Positions 22,776 through 36,054 of a stretch of 43,531 nucleotides of DNA are shown here, in pieces. Position numbers and translations under genes: made by a program. The DNA lies in NCBI RefSeq assembly GCF_001194135.2, contig NC_068981.1, positions 171,818,031 to 171,861,561 on the forward strand. The letters are read 5' to 3'. A model generated the notes under the pieces. It ran no database searches. It had not been told where the DNA came from and worked only from the letters and a program-made list of their open reading frames with translations. The DNA is from Octopus bimaculoides. Lineage: Eukaryota. Numbering within the stretch: position 1 is the first letter of the stretch; each line of letters begins with the position of its first letter.

Positions 22776-23062
22776 GTGTTGTGTCGACGCCCCCAAGCGA
22801 AGAAGTAGGATCGCCCAAGACATATAAATAGAGGTTGTCTAGCCGTGGTTGAGGAGTTCAGTAGCTGTTGAGTAGCAGTCGGTTAGCGGTTGAGTAGAGA
22901 TCATCCGAAGGTGCTAGATAGCAGTAGCGTTGAGACATAACATTAGGGTACGAAGCATCTAATGTATATTCTTAGTTTTTGAATGGTACTTTCAAATTTA
23001 ATCTAGAAACACTTCGTGTATTTTGTTTACTGGTGTTATTCACAGTTCTGCAGTCGACGTCA
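22776..23062 (+). mobile_element. Possible solo LTR
   Basis: Starts TGTTGTGTCGAC, TATATAAATAG box, repeated GTTGAGTAG, ends GTCGACGTCA; no clear TSD or AATAAA. Confidence 0.3.
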
Positions 23063-24189
23063 TGTTGCCCTTTCATCTTTATGGGATGTAAAAATACTAT
23101 TTCGGCTTAATTTTCCTCTCTTTTTTTAATGTGTGTCCCTCTCCTAAGAGTGAGACAGGAGAGGGAACGTGGAAGATACTGACGAAAGCAAGAGAGCCTT
23201 GTACTTTCAATCCTTTAAACGCCACGAAGCTCAGATAAACTTACATCTAATAGAATTGTAGACTTGATACACTCATCGAATTGAACTATGGTCGTCTCGA
23301 ATAAATTATGCTCACAATTCCAGGGAAGCATGCTTTCGTTAACAACAGTATTTAGAAGGTAACAACGTTGCTGATTTACTCGGAGTTCTGATCACCCTTG
23401 GTAACATTGAAGGTATCTCTAAATTTCTCCCTGAGCCATAAGTTATCGATATATTTTTAACAGCCGATCTTGGAACATGTTTAATGATTTCAGATTCTTT
23501 CTATGTGATAATAGTGATGGATTTAATGTAATTGATATATTAGTCAATAAGAGTAGAAGGATCGATACGTAGTGATCACACATGCCGAACTGGAGAAATT
23601 TGCATTTTTTATCGGTGTTTGTTTTAAACCACTGAATCATTTTTAATGTAGAGTTCTAAAAAGATGTTATTTTATCAAGAATATTTTTGCTGATCCGCCC
23701 AATATCGTACTACTACATTTCGGAATTAAAATTCTAATTAAGGTTACGATAATATGCTGATTAAACATATTTTTAGCCTTGCTATGAATTTTAGACACCC
23801 CGGCAAAATGCAAATCAATCAACAGCCATGAAGCGAAAATAAATCGGCTATCGATTACTTCCGACATTCGCCGAAGCCATCGTTAAAACTCCCTTAATTG
23901 CTCCCTATTACTGAGATACAGAAGTAATAGCTACGTAAAGGCACGATCAGGTTAGGCTCCGGGTTTCTCACGTAGCAGTGAAAAAATAGTTGAACATCTC
24001 TATCTTTACAATCGACATAAATAAACGAGTGATGCCTATGGCTTCGAGGAAAGGCAAAACTTAGCGACAGTTGAACCATTCTTGACTGGGCTGCCTGGGG
24101 ATTTGTGACTTAACCTCGGTCCCTATTTTTCACAGCGATGATAATGTGTACAAAACATATAACCTGATCTCCTCTTGAATTTTAATACG

Positions 24190-24323
<134 letters not shown>

Positions 24324-25860
24324 AGATGAGAGTGTAGATTATGCTTGTATAGGTGAATGCATGTGAATGTACGTGTCTGTATAAGAATATTGTGCTTGTT
24401 CATACAAATTTAATTCTAGTCGAAGTCATCTTCATATCTCATTTACCAAAAACTTCCTAAGCCTGACACCATGACCTTTTCGCCTTCTCCCCAGCTTCCG
24501 TCTCCTTTCCTTACTGCGCTATTGATTCTCAATATTCTTACAATTTTCAAAATGGAGACAAAGGTTCTAGTTTCCAAATCAAACGGAAACAAAATTATCT
24601 TGAACGATAACCACAAAAAGAAAGTAGTTAATCAGAAAGTACGTCTTGATGTATGTATCTGAGAATTTAATGAGGTTCACCACTTTTCATTATTCGCTTC
24701 CTTAGCATATAATGTTGTTAATGTTTGGCCCCGGATAAGTTCTGATTGAGAAAATATATGGTTAGGGATATTCCGCCTATGACCAACTAGTCTTTTCTTT
24801 TTCTGTACAGTGTATCTAGACCTCCGTTATCGAACTGGTCTTCCGCTAGCAGAAGTGATCTCTGAATAATAGATACTGTATCAAATGGAACCTTACTCCC
24901 TACCACAATGATAACCTGACGCCTCATTGAATCAACTAACAGAATGTTAAGAGATGTTAGATTATGAAAGAAAAATCTTAACAAGATAAATCAGAAGAAA
25001 GATGTAAAAGAAAGAATGAAAGAAATAAACCAAGTATACAATCACCATAAAAGCCTGTTGCCAATAAAATGCCACGACTTACATCTTTTTTCTCAAAGAA
25101 TAGGGAAGGCATTCAGTTAACTGAAACAATAAATACCTAAATAACTTTGACATATTGATTATCTTTAGATATTTACTATTCATCTATATAAAAAAAAAGC
25201 ATGAAATATTCCTTCTTTCTATGTAATACTTCCCTTTTAACAAAAGATTCGTAGAGGCGTCATTGAACATCAACATATTCTACAAATCAGTTCGCTTTCT
25301 AGTAAGATACAGCTGTAATTAAACTGGACAGACACTCATAACTTTATGAAGTTATGTGACTTTACATTTACAAAACACCAGCAATATTTGCATATCTCAG
25401 AGAACAAAGCAAAATGAAACTTGAAAGCTGGCCATTAAACTGCTACATCATATAATCGATGAAGACCATTGACATTTCATTACGATAGAATTACAAATAA
25501 AAACCAATACAATAAAGATTAGATTATATAAATATGCCTTCAAGATCAAATGGTACCGAGGAAACAAGATCACGTACGACTTACTGAAAGCGAATAAAAT
25601 GCTAGAATGCTGAATAAGTGTTCCAGCAGCCCAATGCCAGGATTCTGATTAATTCTCTTACGAAGATTTTTCATAACTTCGAAAGCATCAGTTTATTTTA
25701 GCTAAAATGCAATGCGTACAAGCTAGTATTTCAATAATGATTTCTTACATAACATGGACACACATTTTCAGGGCATCACTTTAGTCGATTACACCGGATT
25801 CAGTATTTTACACATTGTTTCTTTAACTGGCCTGGAATGAAAGCAGACGAACAGGAGGCT

Positions 25861-26055
25861 AAACATAGAGGGGACAAACAAGGACAGACAAAGGGATTAA
25901 GTCGATTGCATTGACCCCAGTTCGTAACTGGTACTTATTTAATCGACCCCGAAAGGATGAAAGGCAAAGTCGACCTCGGCGGAATTTGAACTCAGAACGT
26001 AACGGCAGACGAAATACCGCTAAGCATTTCGCCCGGTGTGCTGAAGATTCTGCCC
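25861..26055 (-). mobile_element. SINE family A (tail 1), young
   Basis: High identity to the reverse complement of 37625-37815. Confidence 0.92.
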
Positions 26056-26095
26056 ATCATTCCCGTGCCCATCATTCACGTGCCCATCATCCACG
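26051..26095. repeat. 15-bp tandem x3 at a SINE/LINE junction
   Basis: TGCCCATCATTCCCG / TGCCCATCATTCACG / TGCCCATCATCCACG. Confidence 0.9.
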
Positions 26096-26500
26096 TGCAG
26101 ACACTGATCGCTTATACATGAAGAGAACAAATGGAGGAATACGCGAATACAAAAGACGTCATGACAATGTGGCAAGAATGGCCCATTGGGAGCTGTGTGG
26201 AAATCAAGGCCTACAAAGAGCAAGGATGTGGTATGAACAAACTCCAGAAGGAATCACCGAGAATGAGAATTGCAAAATCCCGCGGGATTCAAGGATTCAG
26301 TGCGATTACCTGACCAGACATCGGAAACCGGACATTGTTGTGGTGAATAATAAAAAAAAAAGAACATGCATGATAATCGACATAACATGCCCCATTGACA
26401 ACAGATCGATGAAAAAGAAGAAGAAAAAATAAACAACCATGATGACTTGAAGTGGGAAATATGAAGGCTGTGGGCAATGAAGAGAGTAGACGTGATACCA
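26087..26500 (+). pseudogene. R4/Dong-like retrotransposon 3' fragment (restriction-like endonuclease), internally deleted
   Basis: HPRADTDRLYMKRTNGG joined to EYKRRHDNVAR..HWELC, WYEQTPEG, RHRKPDIVVV, DITCPID. Confidence 0.88.
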
Positions 26501-26555
<55 letters not shown>

Positions 26556-26557
26556 TT
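26501..26557. repeat. (AAT)n microsatellite
   Basis: Direct reading. Confidence 0.95.
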
Positions 26558-26875
26558 AAACAGCATGGACGTGTGACAGTGAGCCGCCGGGAAGATAGAT
26601 CAAAGCTGAAACCATCATGAAGCAGGAATGAAGAATCCGCAAAAACAATGAAAGAAAGCTATGTTTTAATGTAAGCCATCTCAAGAAAACGAAAGATTGT
26701 TCTTATATGGTGTATACATAAATAGCTTCCCTCAGATGCACCACCACAACAACACGTGTATGACAATGTAAACACATGGACTGTAAGACTTCTATACGAA
26801 AACTGCAGTCCTGTGAGTAAAATTCTAAAATTTTAATTACACATGCTTTCATATCTATACAATCTATACAAGTCC

Positions 26876-27002
<127 letters not shown>

Positions 27003-27004
27003 GA

Positions 27005-27825
27005 AACTTACTTGCTAAAGGAACACACGATCTAAGACAAAGTAGTTCTAAATGAAGTAAAAGCTAGAAAGAAAGAAAAATCTAACAATAGCATGGATAG
27101 ATTATAGAAAAGCCTATGACATGATCCCACACTCATAGATCAGTGAATGTTTGAGTATATTCAGTATAGCAGAATTGATTAGCTTTAGCACGAAGAAATG
27201 GGAAGTAGATCTCTACTCAGGTGACACAGTTTTAGGGAAGGTTAATATCAAGAGAGGAATTTTCCAAGGAGACTCGTTATCCCCTTTAATATTTGTCTTA
27301 TGTTTGATACTCCTCAGTTTAGTATTAAGGAAAGCAAAGGCAGAGTATCAGTTTAGAAACAGTAAGGGAAAAATTAACCATGTGCTCTACATGATCTGAA
27401 GCTTTTTAGTAAGAATAAAAAAGAGATAGACTCTTTAATACAGATTGTAAGACTCTTCAGCAAAGATATAGGCGTGGAATTTGCAATATTAGTCATGAAA
27501 AGGCGACAGATAGTCAGCAGTGAAGGCATTCAATTACCAGATGGTCAGACATTAAAATCATTGAAAGGAGGAGAGAGTTATAAGTATCTGGGGATACTAG
27601 AATCTGACAGAGTACTAACGATAGAAATGAAAGCGAAAATTGGGAAGGAATACATCAGAAGGGTAAGGAAGCTAATGAATTCAAAGCTAAATGGTCCGAA
27701 TCTAATGAAGACTGTAAATACGTGGGCAGTATCATTACTTAGATAGTCAGCAGCATTTGTAGATTGGACAAAAACTGAATTAGCAAAGCTAGACAGAAGA
27801 ATTAGGAAGCAATTCAATAGGAATT
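27005..27825 (+). pseudogene. R4/Dong-like reverse transcriptase fragment
   Basis: AWIDYRKAYDMIPHS*, IKRGIFQGDSLSPLIF, INHVLYM (frameshifted YMDD), YKYLGILE, SKLNGPN..NTWAVS, LDRRIRKQF. Confidence 0.92.
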
Positions 27826-28302
27826 TGTCACAGACAAATCAACATCATTACTATCATTTAATATAATAAGTTACACTTTGATCAGAGGTTCCCCTTGTTG
27901 TCAGCAGAGTTTATAGTTCTCTGAACTTTTGCCACCATAATCAACTAATAGTAGGTTTTCCAGTGGTTGCTTGCAAGAGGTATCTGGATTATAAAACACG
28001 GTGTGTAAGTAAATCAAGACGTATGGAACAAAAATGTTTTTTGAATTATAATTTTGTGCTTACCCTCACTGACACTGAGAAGATTATTGAATGTAGAAAA
28101 TATATAGAAAGGAGAGGACTTGCGTTAGTATGTTTGATATATGTGATGGTGCCTATTCTAACAAATAAACACCGACAAACTTTTGAAACGGAAGCACGAA
28201 ACCAAAAAAAAAAAAAAACGAAGCGAAGGAAGTCAGATAGAGTAAAGCAAGAACAAAATAATCTCATATATTTAAATGTGAATGGTGATAAGAGAGAGTA
28301 AT

Positions 28303-29433
28303 TAGGAAAGCAATCTCATCAAAACCACCTCCAATGACATGCAAATAGTGAGCGGTGTTCCGCAAGGCACTGTTTTGCGACTACTACTGTTCATAATGGC
28401 CCTCTCAGACATACCCTCAGCCACACACAGAGCCACAAGTTGTACAGATAATGCAAAAGTATCACAGGTAATACAGAACCCTGAAGACACTATGCACCTG
28501 CAATGTGAGCTCGGTGAAATATACAAGTGTGCTGAAAAGAATAGCATGCAGTTTAATGCTGAAAAGTTTCAAGCTTTGTGCTATCAGCATGCAAAACTAA
28601 ATGCAATACCCATTAAATACACTGGACCTGGAGGGATTGCAATCCCAGGGGCACAGTCAGTGCGAGACCTGGGCATTTACAAGAGTAATGATGCATCCTT
28701 TCATATGCATGTTGCTAAATTGGCAATGAAATGCAGGCGGCTGACCGGATGGATTCTTAGAACTTTTAGAACAAGAGATCAGGAAACCATGATGGTCCTC
28801 TGGAGGGCACTTGTCCTAAGCCACTTTGATTATTGCTCTCAACTATGGTCACCAACCAGTGTGAAATTAATCTCAGAACTTGAGGTAATCCAACGAAGCT
28901 ACACGAAGAAGATAGCTTCTATGCAGTATATAAGCTATCGGAAAAGACTCAAGAGATTAAGACTCTATTTCTTAGAGCGTAGGCGAGAAGATATGCCATA
29001 ATATACATCTGGTAGATCCTGGAAGGACTTGTCCCAAACTTCGACATCGAGAGTTACACAAATACTAAAACTGGGTGCCACTGCATAGTACCAAGGACTC
29101 CAAATTTGCCATCAGGATGTAGGACAAGATACTGCAATAGCCTGAGCTTTAGAGGTCCACAGCTCTTCAATATCCTCCCGAAGGACCTGAGAGACCTGCA
29201 TGGTGAATGTAGCTGTCTTCAAAATAAAGGTGGACCTCTTACTGTCAAGTGTCCCAGATGAATCTACTTCGCGGCAGGGGGTGCAGATAAGGGCAGCTGT
29301 ATCAAACTCCTTCGTGCACCAAATGTCAATTCCTAAAAAGCATTCGTGAAGTAAAATTATGTAGCAATACCAAATGGCGGAGCCCCAGCATGGCCACAGC
29401 TCATGAGCTGAAACTAGAAATATTAAAAAAAAC
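28303..29433 (+). pseudogene. CR1-like LINE, 5'-truncated 3' fragment with tail
   Basis: SGVPQGTVL..LLF, degenerate YADD (CTDNAKV), MQFNAEKF, VRDLG, ILRTF, DYCSQLWSP, then GPQLFNILPKDLR after a frameshift; 3' end CCAGCATGGCCACAGCTCATGAGCTGAAAC plus A-rich tail. Confidence 0.9.
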
Positions 29434-30136
29434 CACCACGTATTAAATGACTTGAAAATCGTGAAAGCTTATTTAAGCTTTAGGACTATATATGAAAGTG
29501 ACTGGAACGTTCACTAGAAGCATTGCTGTGAAAGTCACAAAGCACAGAGGTTATAGAATTTCCTACAAAACTAGTAACAGAGAAATAATGGTGGATAAAT
29601 ATGGAAAAAAGCTGTTATACACGGTGAAAATGCAGTGAAGTGTTATATAGGAAAGCAAGACTAGTTGAATGACTGGCTGAAGATGCCGACAACGTAGGCA
29701 ATCGCCCATGATGCCACATGCTAAGTTAGGTCAAGTGCTAATGGGCGAGACACGTGCTAGGGGCGCCACATTGTATGCTTCTGATTTTCCATTAGAGAGA
29801 TTACTTTGATTCTTCGGTAATTTGTAAATAGAGAATGATATTGTTAAAAAGAGAGAGAATATGCTATAAAAATATTTGCAGACCTAAAGTCGAGAATAGT
29901 AATGTTTTACTTCGTTTAATGTATACTTTTCAGTATCTGTTCTTTTCTTTATATTCTTTAATGAATCAACAGAAAGTTCGTTACATCTAAAAGATTAATG
30001 GCACCCCTTCGGACTTTCTTTCATTTACCCATCCTCCAATCACAATTTTGATATTTGCTGTTTTTCGTTTTGACAAAAATGCATCAAGATCATTAACTGT
30101 AATGTCGATATGCCTCTCTTTCTGCCCCCGTCTCTC

Positions 30137-30171
<35 letters not shown>

Positions 30172-30422
30172 ATACGCCACGCGTCCTTTTGCAAGTATAT
30201 ATACATACANNNNNNNNNNNNNNNNNNNNNNNNNNNNNNNNNNNNNNNNNNNNNNNNNNNNNNNNNNNTATATAAGTTATGAAGGGTAATGGAGTCAATT
30301 AGACCCGAATGATACAGGTAATATCGAGTTTCTTCTTTGTTTTTTCTTCTCCGCATCGCTCTCATTTCTTACTGCAAATCTCCTCAATACAGATGTAATA
30401 ATCCTTATCTTCTACTATAACC

Positions 30423-30471
30423 GACTCCGATGAAGGGATACATTGAATTTTCCCTGAAACAGCTGTAAGAC
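30423..30471 (+). ncRNA. Degenerate minimal type I hammerhead ribozyme, Penelope pLTR-like
   Basis: GACT-CCGATGA-AGGGA(12 nt)TCCCT-GAAAC-AGCT-GTA-AGAC. Core differs from CUGAUGA by one base; helix II 5 bp perfect; palindromic helix III; helix I 3 of 4 pairs. Confidence 0.6.
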
Positions 30472-30861
30472 ATTCTACATAAAATATAAATTTATTTATG
30501 TCATTGATCTCTTTACCTCATTCTTTATATATATATGCTAGTGGGACCTGTGGAAATTGCACAGAACGAAAAAGATGAAGAGAAGCTATTTAAGGCAGAA
30601 ACGGTGATTTGCATTTATATTTTTATTTTGCTAAGTTATTTCACTTCCATTGCAATTATACATAATTTAATTTTAAAATTTCCCTCTATATTGCCTTTAT
30701 ATTTCTTTCTCTCTGCCTCTTCAACAGACATTCTAACCATGTACTTCCCCTCTTGATGTCTTTAACATTTCTCTTCCTCTCTCATTTTCACTAACGACAT
30801 GAGTGACAGCATAATGCATTGGCTGGCTATCTGCTCTCTCACTCACTTTCACATTCCCACT

Positions 30862-30892
30862 ACTTCTCTCTCTCTCTTTCTCNNNNNNNNNN

Positions 30893-30962
<70 letters not shown>
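30862..30962. repeat. (CT)n microsatellite with small gap
   Basis: Direct reading. Confidence 0.95.
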
Positions 30963-31066
30963 GCTTCACTTCATCCTCTCTAACAAACTAAAGAGTAAAG
31001 TGTGAACAAACAGGTAGAAGAAATAATATTATAGATTTAGTTCAATAAAAGACTTTTCACTATCAA

Positions 31067-31114
31067 CACATCATCACCACCACCACCACCACCACCACCA
31101 TCATCATCATCATT
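31067..31114. repeat. (CAC)n/(CAT)n microsatellite
   Basis: Direct reading. Confidence 0.9.
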
Positions 31115-31189
31115 ATAGTTTTCAGTGACAAAGCTCATTTCATTTCAGTTCAGGTGTTTGTTTATATCTTTTTGTTCCTGTCGATGTAT

Positions 31190-33410
31190 GTTTACTCTTG
31201 GCTGATATAATCTATCAGGAAGGAGAGAAAAGATTTGGACTTGAAATAACAGGGAATGGAGAATCATCGGCAAAGGGCGGACCATCGAGGAGAGAAAGAC
31301 GGATCGCAAAGATACGAGAAGAGAAGACAAAACTCAGAACCAGATTGAGGATGCAAAAGAGGAGGAAAGAGAAGGGTTAAAACAGCTATATGAAGAGATA
31401 AAAAAGAGGCATCAAGAACAATTAAGAAAAGTAAGAAGGAAGAACAGAAGAAAGGAGAGAGAAAAGAACTATCGTAGCTTTGTAAGCAACCCATACCAAT
31501 ATGCGAAACATTTGTTTACTGAAAGTAAGAGCGGAAGATTGGATTGCACTAAAGAAGAGCTCGAACACCATCTTAAAAGGACATACAGCGATGCTGATAG
31601 AAATAAAGTATTCCCTGAAATGCACGGGCTGAAGAAACTACTGAGGGTACCATTTGATTCGAATGGCATCTAACGGAAAGAAATGGATGAGTTCATTAGA
31701 AAAGCAAGAGTAAAAAGTTCACCAGGGAATGACGGAGTTAGCTACAAGGTTTATAAGTATTGCCCGGAATTGCGTCTACAACTGTTTGCACTGATAAACG
31801 AAATGTGGAAGAAAGACGTAGCAGAGCGATGGTGCATAGCTGAAGGTATCTATTTACCTAGAGAGAAGGAGGCAAAAACACTAGGGCAATTCAGACTCAT
31901 TTCACTATTAAATACCGATGGGAAAATCATGTTTGGAATCATTGCCAGGCGAATCATAAGATCCATACAGCATAACGGATATGCTAATGAAGTAATCCAA
32001 AAGGCAAGGATCCCTGGAATACCTAGGTGCATAGAACATGCATTTGCCATCTGGGAAGCTATCAACTGTGCAAAACAACTGAAGAAAAGCCTGTAAATTT
32101 TATGGCTAGATCTTGCCAATGCATATGGATCTGTTCCACACGCACTAATTCAAGCAGCTATGGACTTCTTTTAGATTCCTGAAGATGTTCAACGAATCCT
32201 CATGTGTTGCTACGATAAATTGAGGATGGGATTTACAACAGGAAAGTTCACAACGGAGTGACAACGGCTTGAAGTAGGTATTGCAGCTGGATGCACGATA
32301 TCAGTCATCTTATTCGTGCTAGTCATGGAGATGTTTATAAGATCAACAAACTGTGAGAAATCTGTTACAATGACACCATTAAGGGTTTTTATGGACGACG
32401 CTACTGTATTATCAGAAAGTAGAGAAGCAGCAGATGAAACGTTAGAGCGGTTGGACAAGCTAATAGGATAGACGAGAATGAAATTGAAATTCAAAGCCAA
32501 AAAATCTCGAAGCGTAGCTTTCGTGAAAGGAGTCCAAAAACAAGTGAAATTCTGGATAGGAGGTGAAAATATACCAACACTGAAAGAACAACCAGTAAAG
32601 GGCCTCGGTAGATGGTATAGATATTTACTAAATGATAAGAAGCAAAGCAAAGAAAGACACAGTTTAATGGAACAAGGACTAAAGGCAATTGACAGAACAA
32701 CATTACCGGGGAAATTCAAATGTTGGATACTGCAATTTGGACTGTATCCAAGGATAATGTAGCCATTACCAATGTACGAAATAGCCTCGAGTACAGTAGA
32801 AAGGATGGAACAAAGATGCAGTGTGTTTATCAGAAAATGGCTTGGTCTTCCAAAACCACTGAATACAACTGCACTATATGGAAAACCCGTGCTGCAACTA
32901 CCGAAAATATCAATCATCGAAGAATATAAGGCAGGAAAGGTAAGAACAGTAATGATGCTAAGGTATTCGAAAGATCAGAACATCCGAGAAAACCCTCGAA
33001 AGATACGAACAGGGAGGAAATGGAAAGCGGAAGAGGCAGTTAACAGGACGATCGGAAAGCTAAGGCACGCTGACATAATTGGAGCGACGCAAGAAGCAAG
33101 AGCCGGTCTAGGTTGCACAATTTCAAGCCATTTTGCATGAGCAGTGTAAAAGAGATGAAAGAGGCAGTGGTACATGAAGTGAGAAAGAAGGAAGAAGAAA
33201 GGCGAAATGTACATTTGGTGTAATGTAGTCAACAGTAACAGTGCCTGAGATGGGAAGAATATGTAGTCAGTCGCAGAATCTCATGGAAGAAACTTTGGGC
33301 TTGGGAACAAGCAAGAACATCCTTCCTGATCAATTCTACCTTCGACGTTTTACATTAACTTGAGAATTTAGTCCGGTGGAACATACAAACAACTGATGAA
33401 TGTAGATGCA
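31190..33410 (+). pseudogene. HERO-like (R2 group) non-LTR retrotransposon, inactivated, endonuclease missing
   Basis: One frame from ~31342 to ~33130: KARVKSSPGNDGVSYKVYK, FRLISLLN, WLDLANAYGSVPH, GIAAGCTIS..LF, FMDD, KFKAKKSRS, LPGKFKCW, RKWLGLP, TGRKWKAEEAV; six in-frame stops, then a frameshift and ISWKKLW..SFLI..FDVL. Confidence 0.88.
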
Positions 33411-34048
33411 GAGAGAAAACGACTCGATAATGCTCAGTTAGCATCGATTTTTGTGAGTTCAATCGGGCGTTTGAATGGAAATTCCCATAACGATGTTATT
33501 TTTCCTGCACCTTTTGCATTTTTTGTCCGATTNNNNNNNNNNNNNNNNNNNNNNNNNNNNNNNNNNNNNNNNNNNNNNNNNNNNNNNNNNNNNNNNNNNN
33601 NNNNNNNNNNNNNNNNNNNNNNNNNNNNNNNNNNNNNNNNNNNNNNNNNNNNNNNNNNNNNNNNNNNNNNNNNNNNNNNNNNNNNNNNNNNNNNNNNNNN
33701 NNNNNNNNNNNNNNNNNNNNNNNNNNNNNNNNNNNNNNNNNNNNNNNNNNNNNNNNNNNNNNNNNNNNNNNNNNNNNNNNNNNNNNNNNNNNNNNNNNNN
33801 NNNNNNNNNNNNNNNNNNNNNNNNNNNNNNNNNNNNNNNNNNNNNNNNNNNNNNNNNNNNNNNNNNNNNNNNNNNNNNNNNNNNNNNNNNNNNNNNNNNN
33901 NNNNNNNNNNNNNNNNNNNNNNNNNNNNNNNNNNNNNNNNNNNNNNNNNNNNNNNNNNNNNNNNNNNNNNNNNNNNNNNNNNNNNNNNNNNNNNNNNNNN
34001 NNNNNNNNNNNNNNNNNNNNNNNNNNNNNNNNNNNNNNNNNNNNNNNN

Positions 34049-34115
<67 letters not shown>
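34049..34115. repeat. (GT)n microsatellite
   Basis: Direct reading. Confidence 0.95.
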
Positions 34116-34116
<1 letters not shown>

Positions 34117-34185
34117 CTATATAATATATACATGCACATATGTATGTATATGTGTGTGTGTATACAAATGTATACATATATGTAT

Positions 34186-34569
34186 GTTGTTGGCACTCCG
34201 TCGCTTACGACGTCAAGAGTTCCAGTTGATCCGATCAACGGAACAGAATGCTCTTGAAATTAAGGTGCAAGTGGCTGAGCACTCCGCAGACACGTGTGCC
34301 CTTAACGTAGTTCTCGGGGATATTCAGCGTGACACAATGTGACAAGGCTGACCCTTTGAATTACAGGCACAACAGAAACAGGAAGTAAGAGTGAGAGAAA
34401 GTTGTGGTGAAAGAGTACAGCAGGGTTCGCCACCATCCCCTGCCGGAGCCTCGTGAAGCTTTAGGTGTTTTCACTCAATAAACACTCACAACGCCCGGTC
34501 TGGGAATCGAAACCGCGATCCTATGACTGTGAGTCCGCTTCCCTAACCACTGGGCCATTGCGCCTCCAC
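34186..34569 (-). mobile_element. SINE family B, full length
   Basis: Near-identical reverse complement of 20178-20560. Confidence 0.92.
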
Positions 34570-35396
34570 ATATAAATACATATATACACGCACATATCCC
34601 TGGTTATATTTATGAAGGGATTTAAAACTTTGGTACTTTGATAGCTTGTATTTTGAAATAAACAGTTTACTCCAATATTTTCAGTGAGTTTTCTCTTTGT
34701 GTTAACTTAAATAGTTATACTTGTAAGGGGAGCGAGATTCGACTTTTTCTAGGCGCCAGCAATCTTATAGCCACCTCTAGAAGAGAATCAGTAAGATCAG
34801 AAAATAAATGATCTGGAAAGGCAAAACATATCGACCGAGAAAGCTATATAAGCATTATATAAACTGAGAAATGAAGAACCAAAACTATAACCTGAAATAG
34901 GTTCTTTGCAGTATGCTAGAGCAATCAGGAATAGTATTAGGTTGTTTGCAGAAAGCAAGTCTACGTTCATTTTGACAAGAATGATACCAATCATAATCGG
35001 TTTCCCAGACGTCAAATCTTCATCAAATAACAGTGTACGAGCTTTATATATATATATATATATATNNNNNNNNNNNNNNNNNNNNNNNNNNNNNNNNNNN
35101 NNNNNNNNNNNNNNNNNNNNNNNNNNNNNNNNNNTAAATCCAGGAAAGTTAGGGGTTGTGAATCCAACCCACTAAGGGATAATATCTATGCAATATACTG
35201 CCGGAAGAGTACCCAATTATTATTACACTACTGTCTTTTTTTTTTTTTTCATTGTGTTACCAAGTGCAATAAATGGGTGCGGGTAAAAAGATATTCTACC
35301 ATTAATTTATATAGCAATAAGAAAATGGAGGGGAATAGGTGGTATTCATCAACTTGCAGACATTGTATTGTGTCAATATACTTGTTTATATATATA

Positions 35397-35426
35397 TACG
35401 AGGGGTGTATGAAAAGTTTTGAGCCT
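35397..35426 (+). mobile_element. Solo mariner-type left TIR
   Basis: TA-CGAGGGGTGTATGAAAAGTTTTGAGCCT after a TA run; no matching right TIR found. Confidence 0.45.
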
Positions 35427-36054
35427 CAAAAAAATAAAATATGGTACAAGACTTCTGATGAAGGTACAAGACTTGAAGACAAGGAGAGAACCTCTGCAAG
35501 AAATAGCTACCAAATCTCCCATAAATCGCACCCTACTGTCTTAATTATATGAAGGCCACATTGGACAATGTAGTTCCAGATTTACTGTATGTAAAAAAAA
35601 AAAAAAAGATAGGCTGACCACAACTGAAGCGCCTTTAAACGTAAATCTCCTCGATCACGTGCAGTTAAACGACAATGAGACTAACATCCTTTCTCCCTCT
35701 GGCAATGTATTATCACCTGCAATGATACAAGTCTTGTCATAGTGTCAAAAAAGGATATCATAGAGATAACACTGAATGCACTGCTCCAGCATGTGATAAC
35801 GAAAAGAAACTAAAGAACAAACTCCCTGCTGAAATCTTATCAAAAAGGTAAGAGAAAAACAACAAAAGTAGAACTAAGCACAGCATATGTTAAACATAGG
35901 AAAGGTGTTTGATTGCGTCACACTCTCCCGGAGAATTGAAGCATTCTAAATAACTAGAGTTGACCCCCTCCCTATGAAGTAGTTGTGTCGACGATGCCAT
36001 AAAATATTTGGTAACAAACATGACACTTTAGAGACTCTGCGCCAAATAGCTCAA

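Noticed and set aside
17600-23820. Several ATGCAAAT octamer motifs
   Set aside because: A few copies are expected by chance at this AT content
29677-29705. CTGAAGA-TGCC-N9-GGCA hammerhead-like start
   Set aside because: No GAAA core follows; a 4-bp stem can arise by chance
32210-32917. 235-aa minus-strand ORF, the longest N-free ORF in the track
   Set aside because: Antisense shadow of the HERO-like RT; no recognisable motifs
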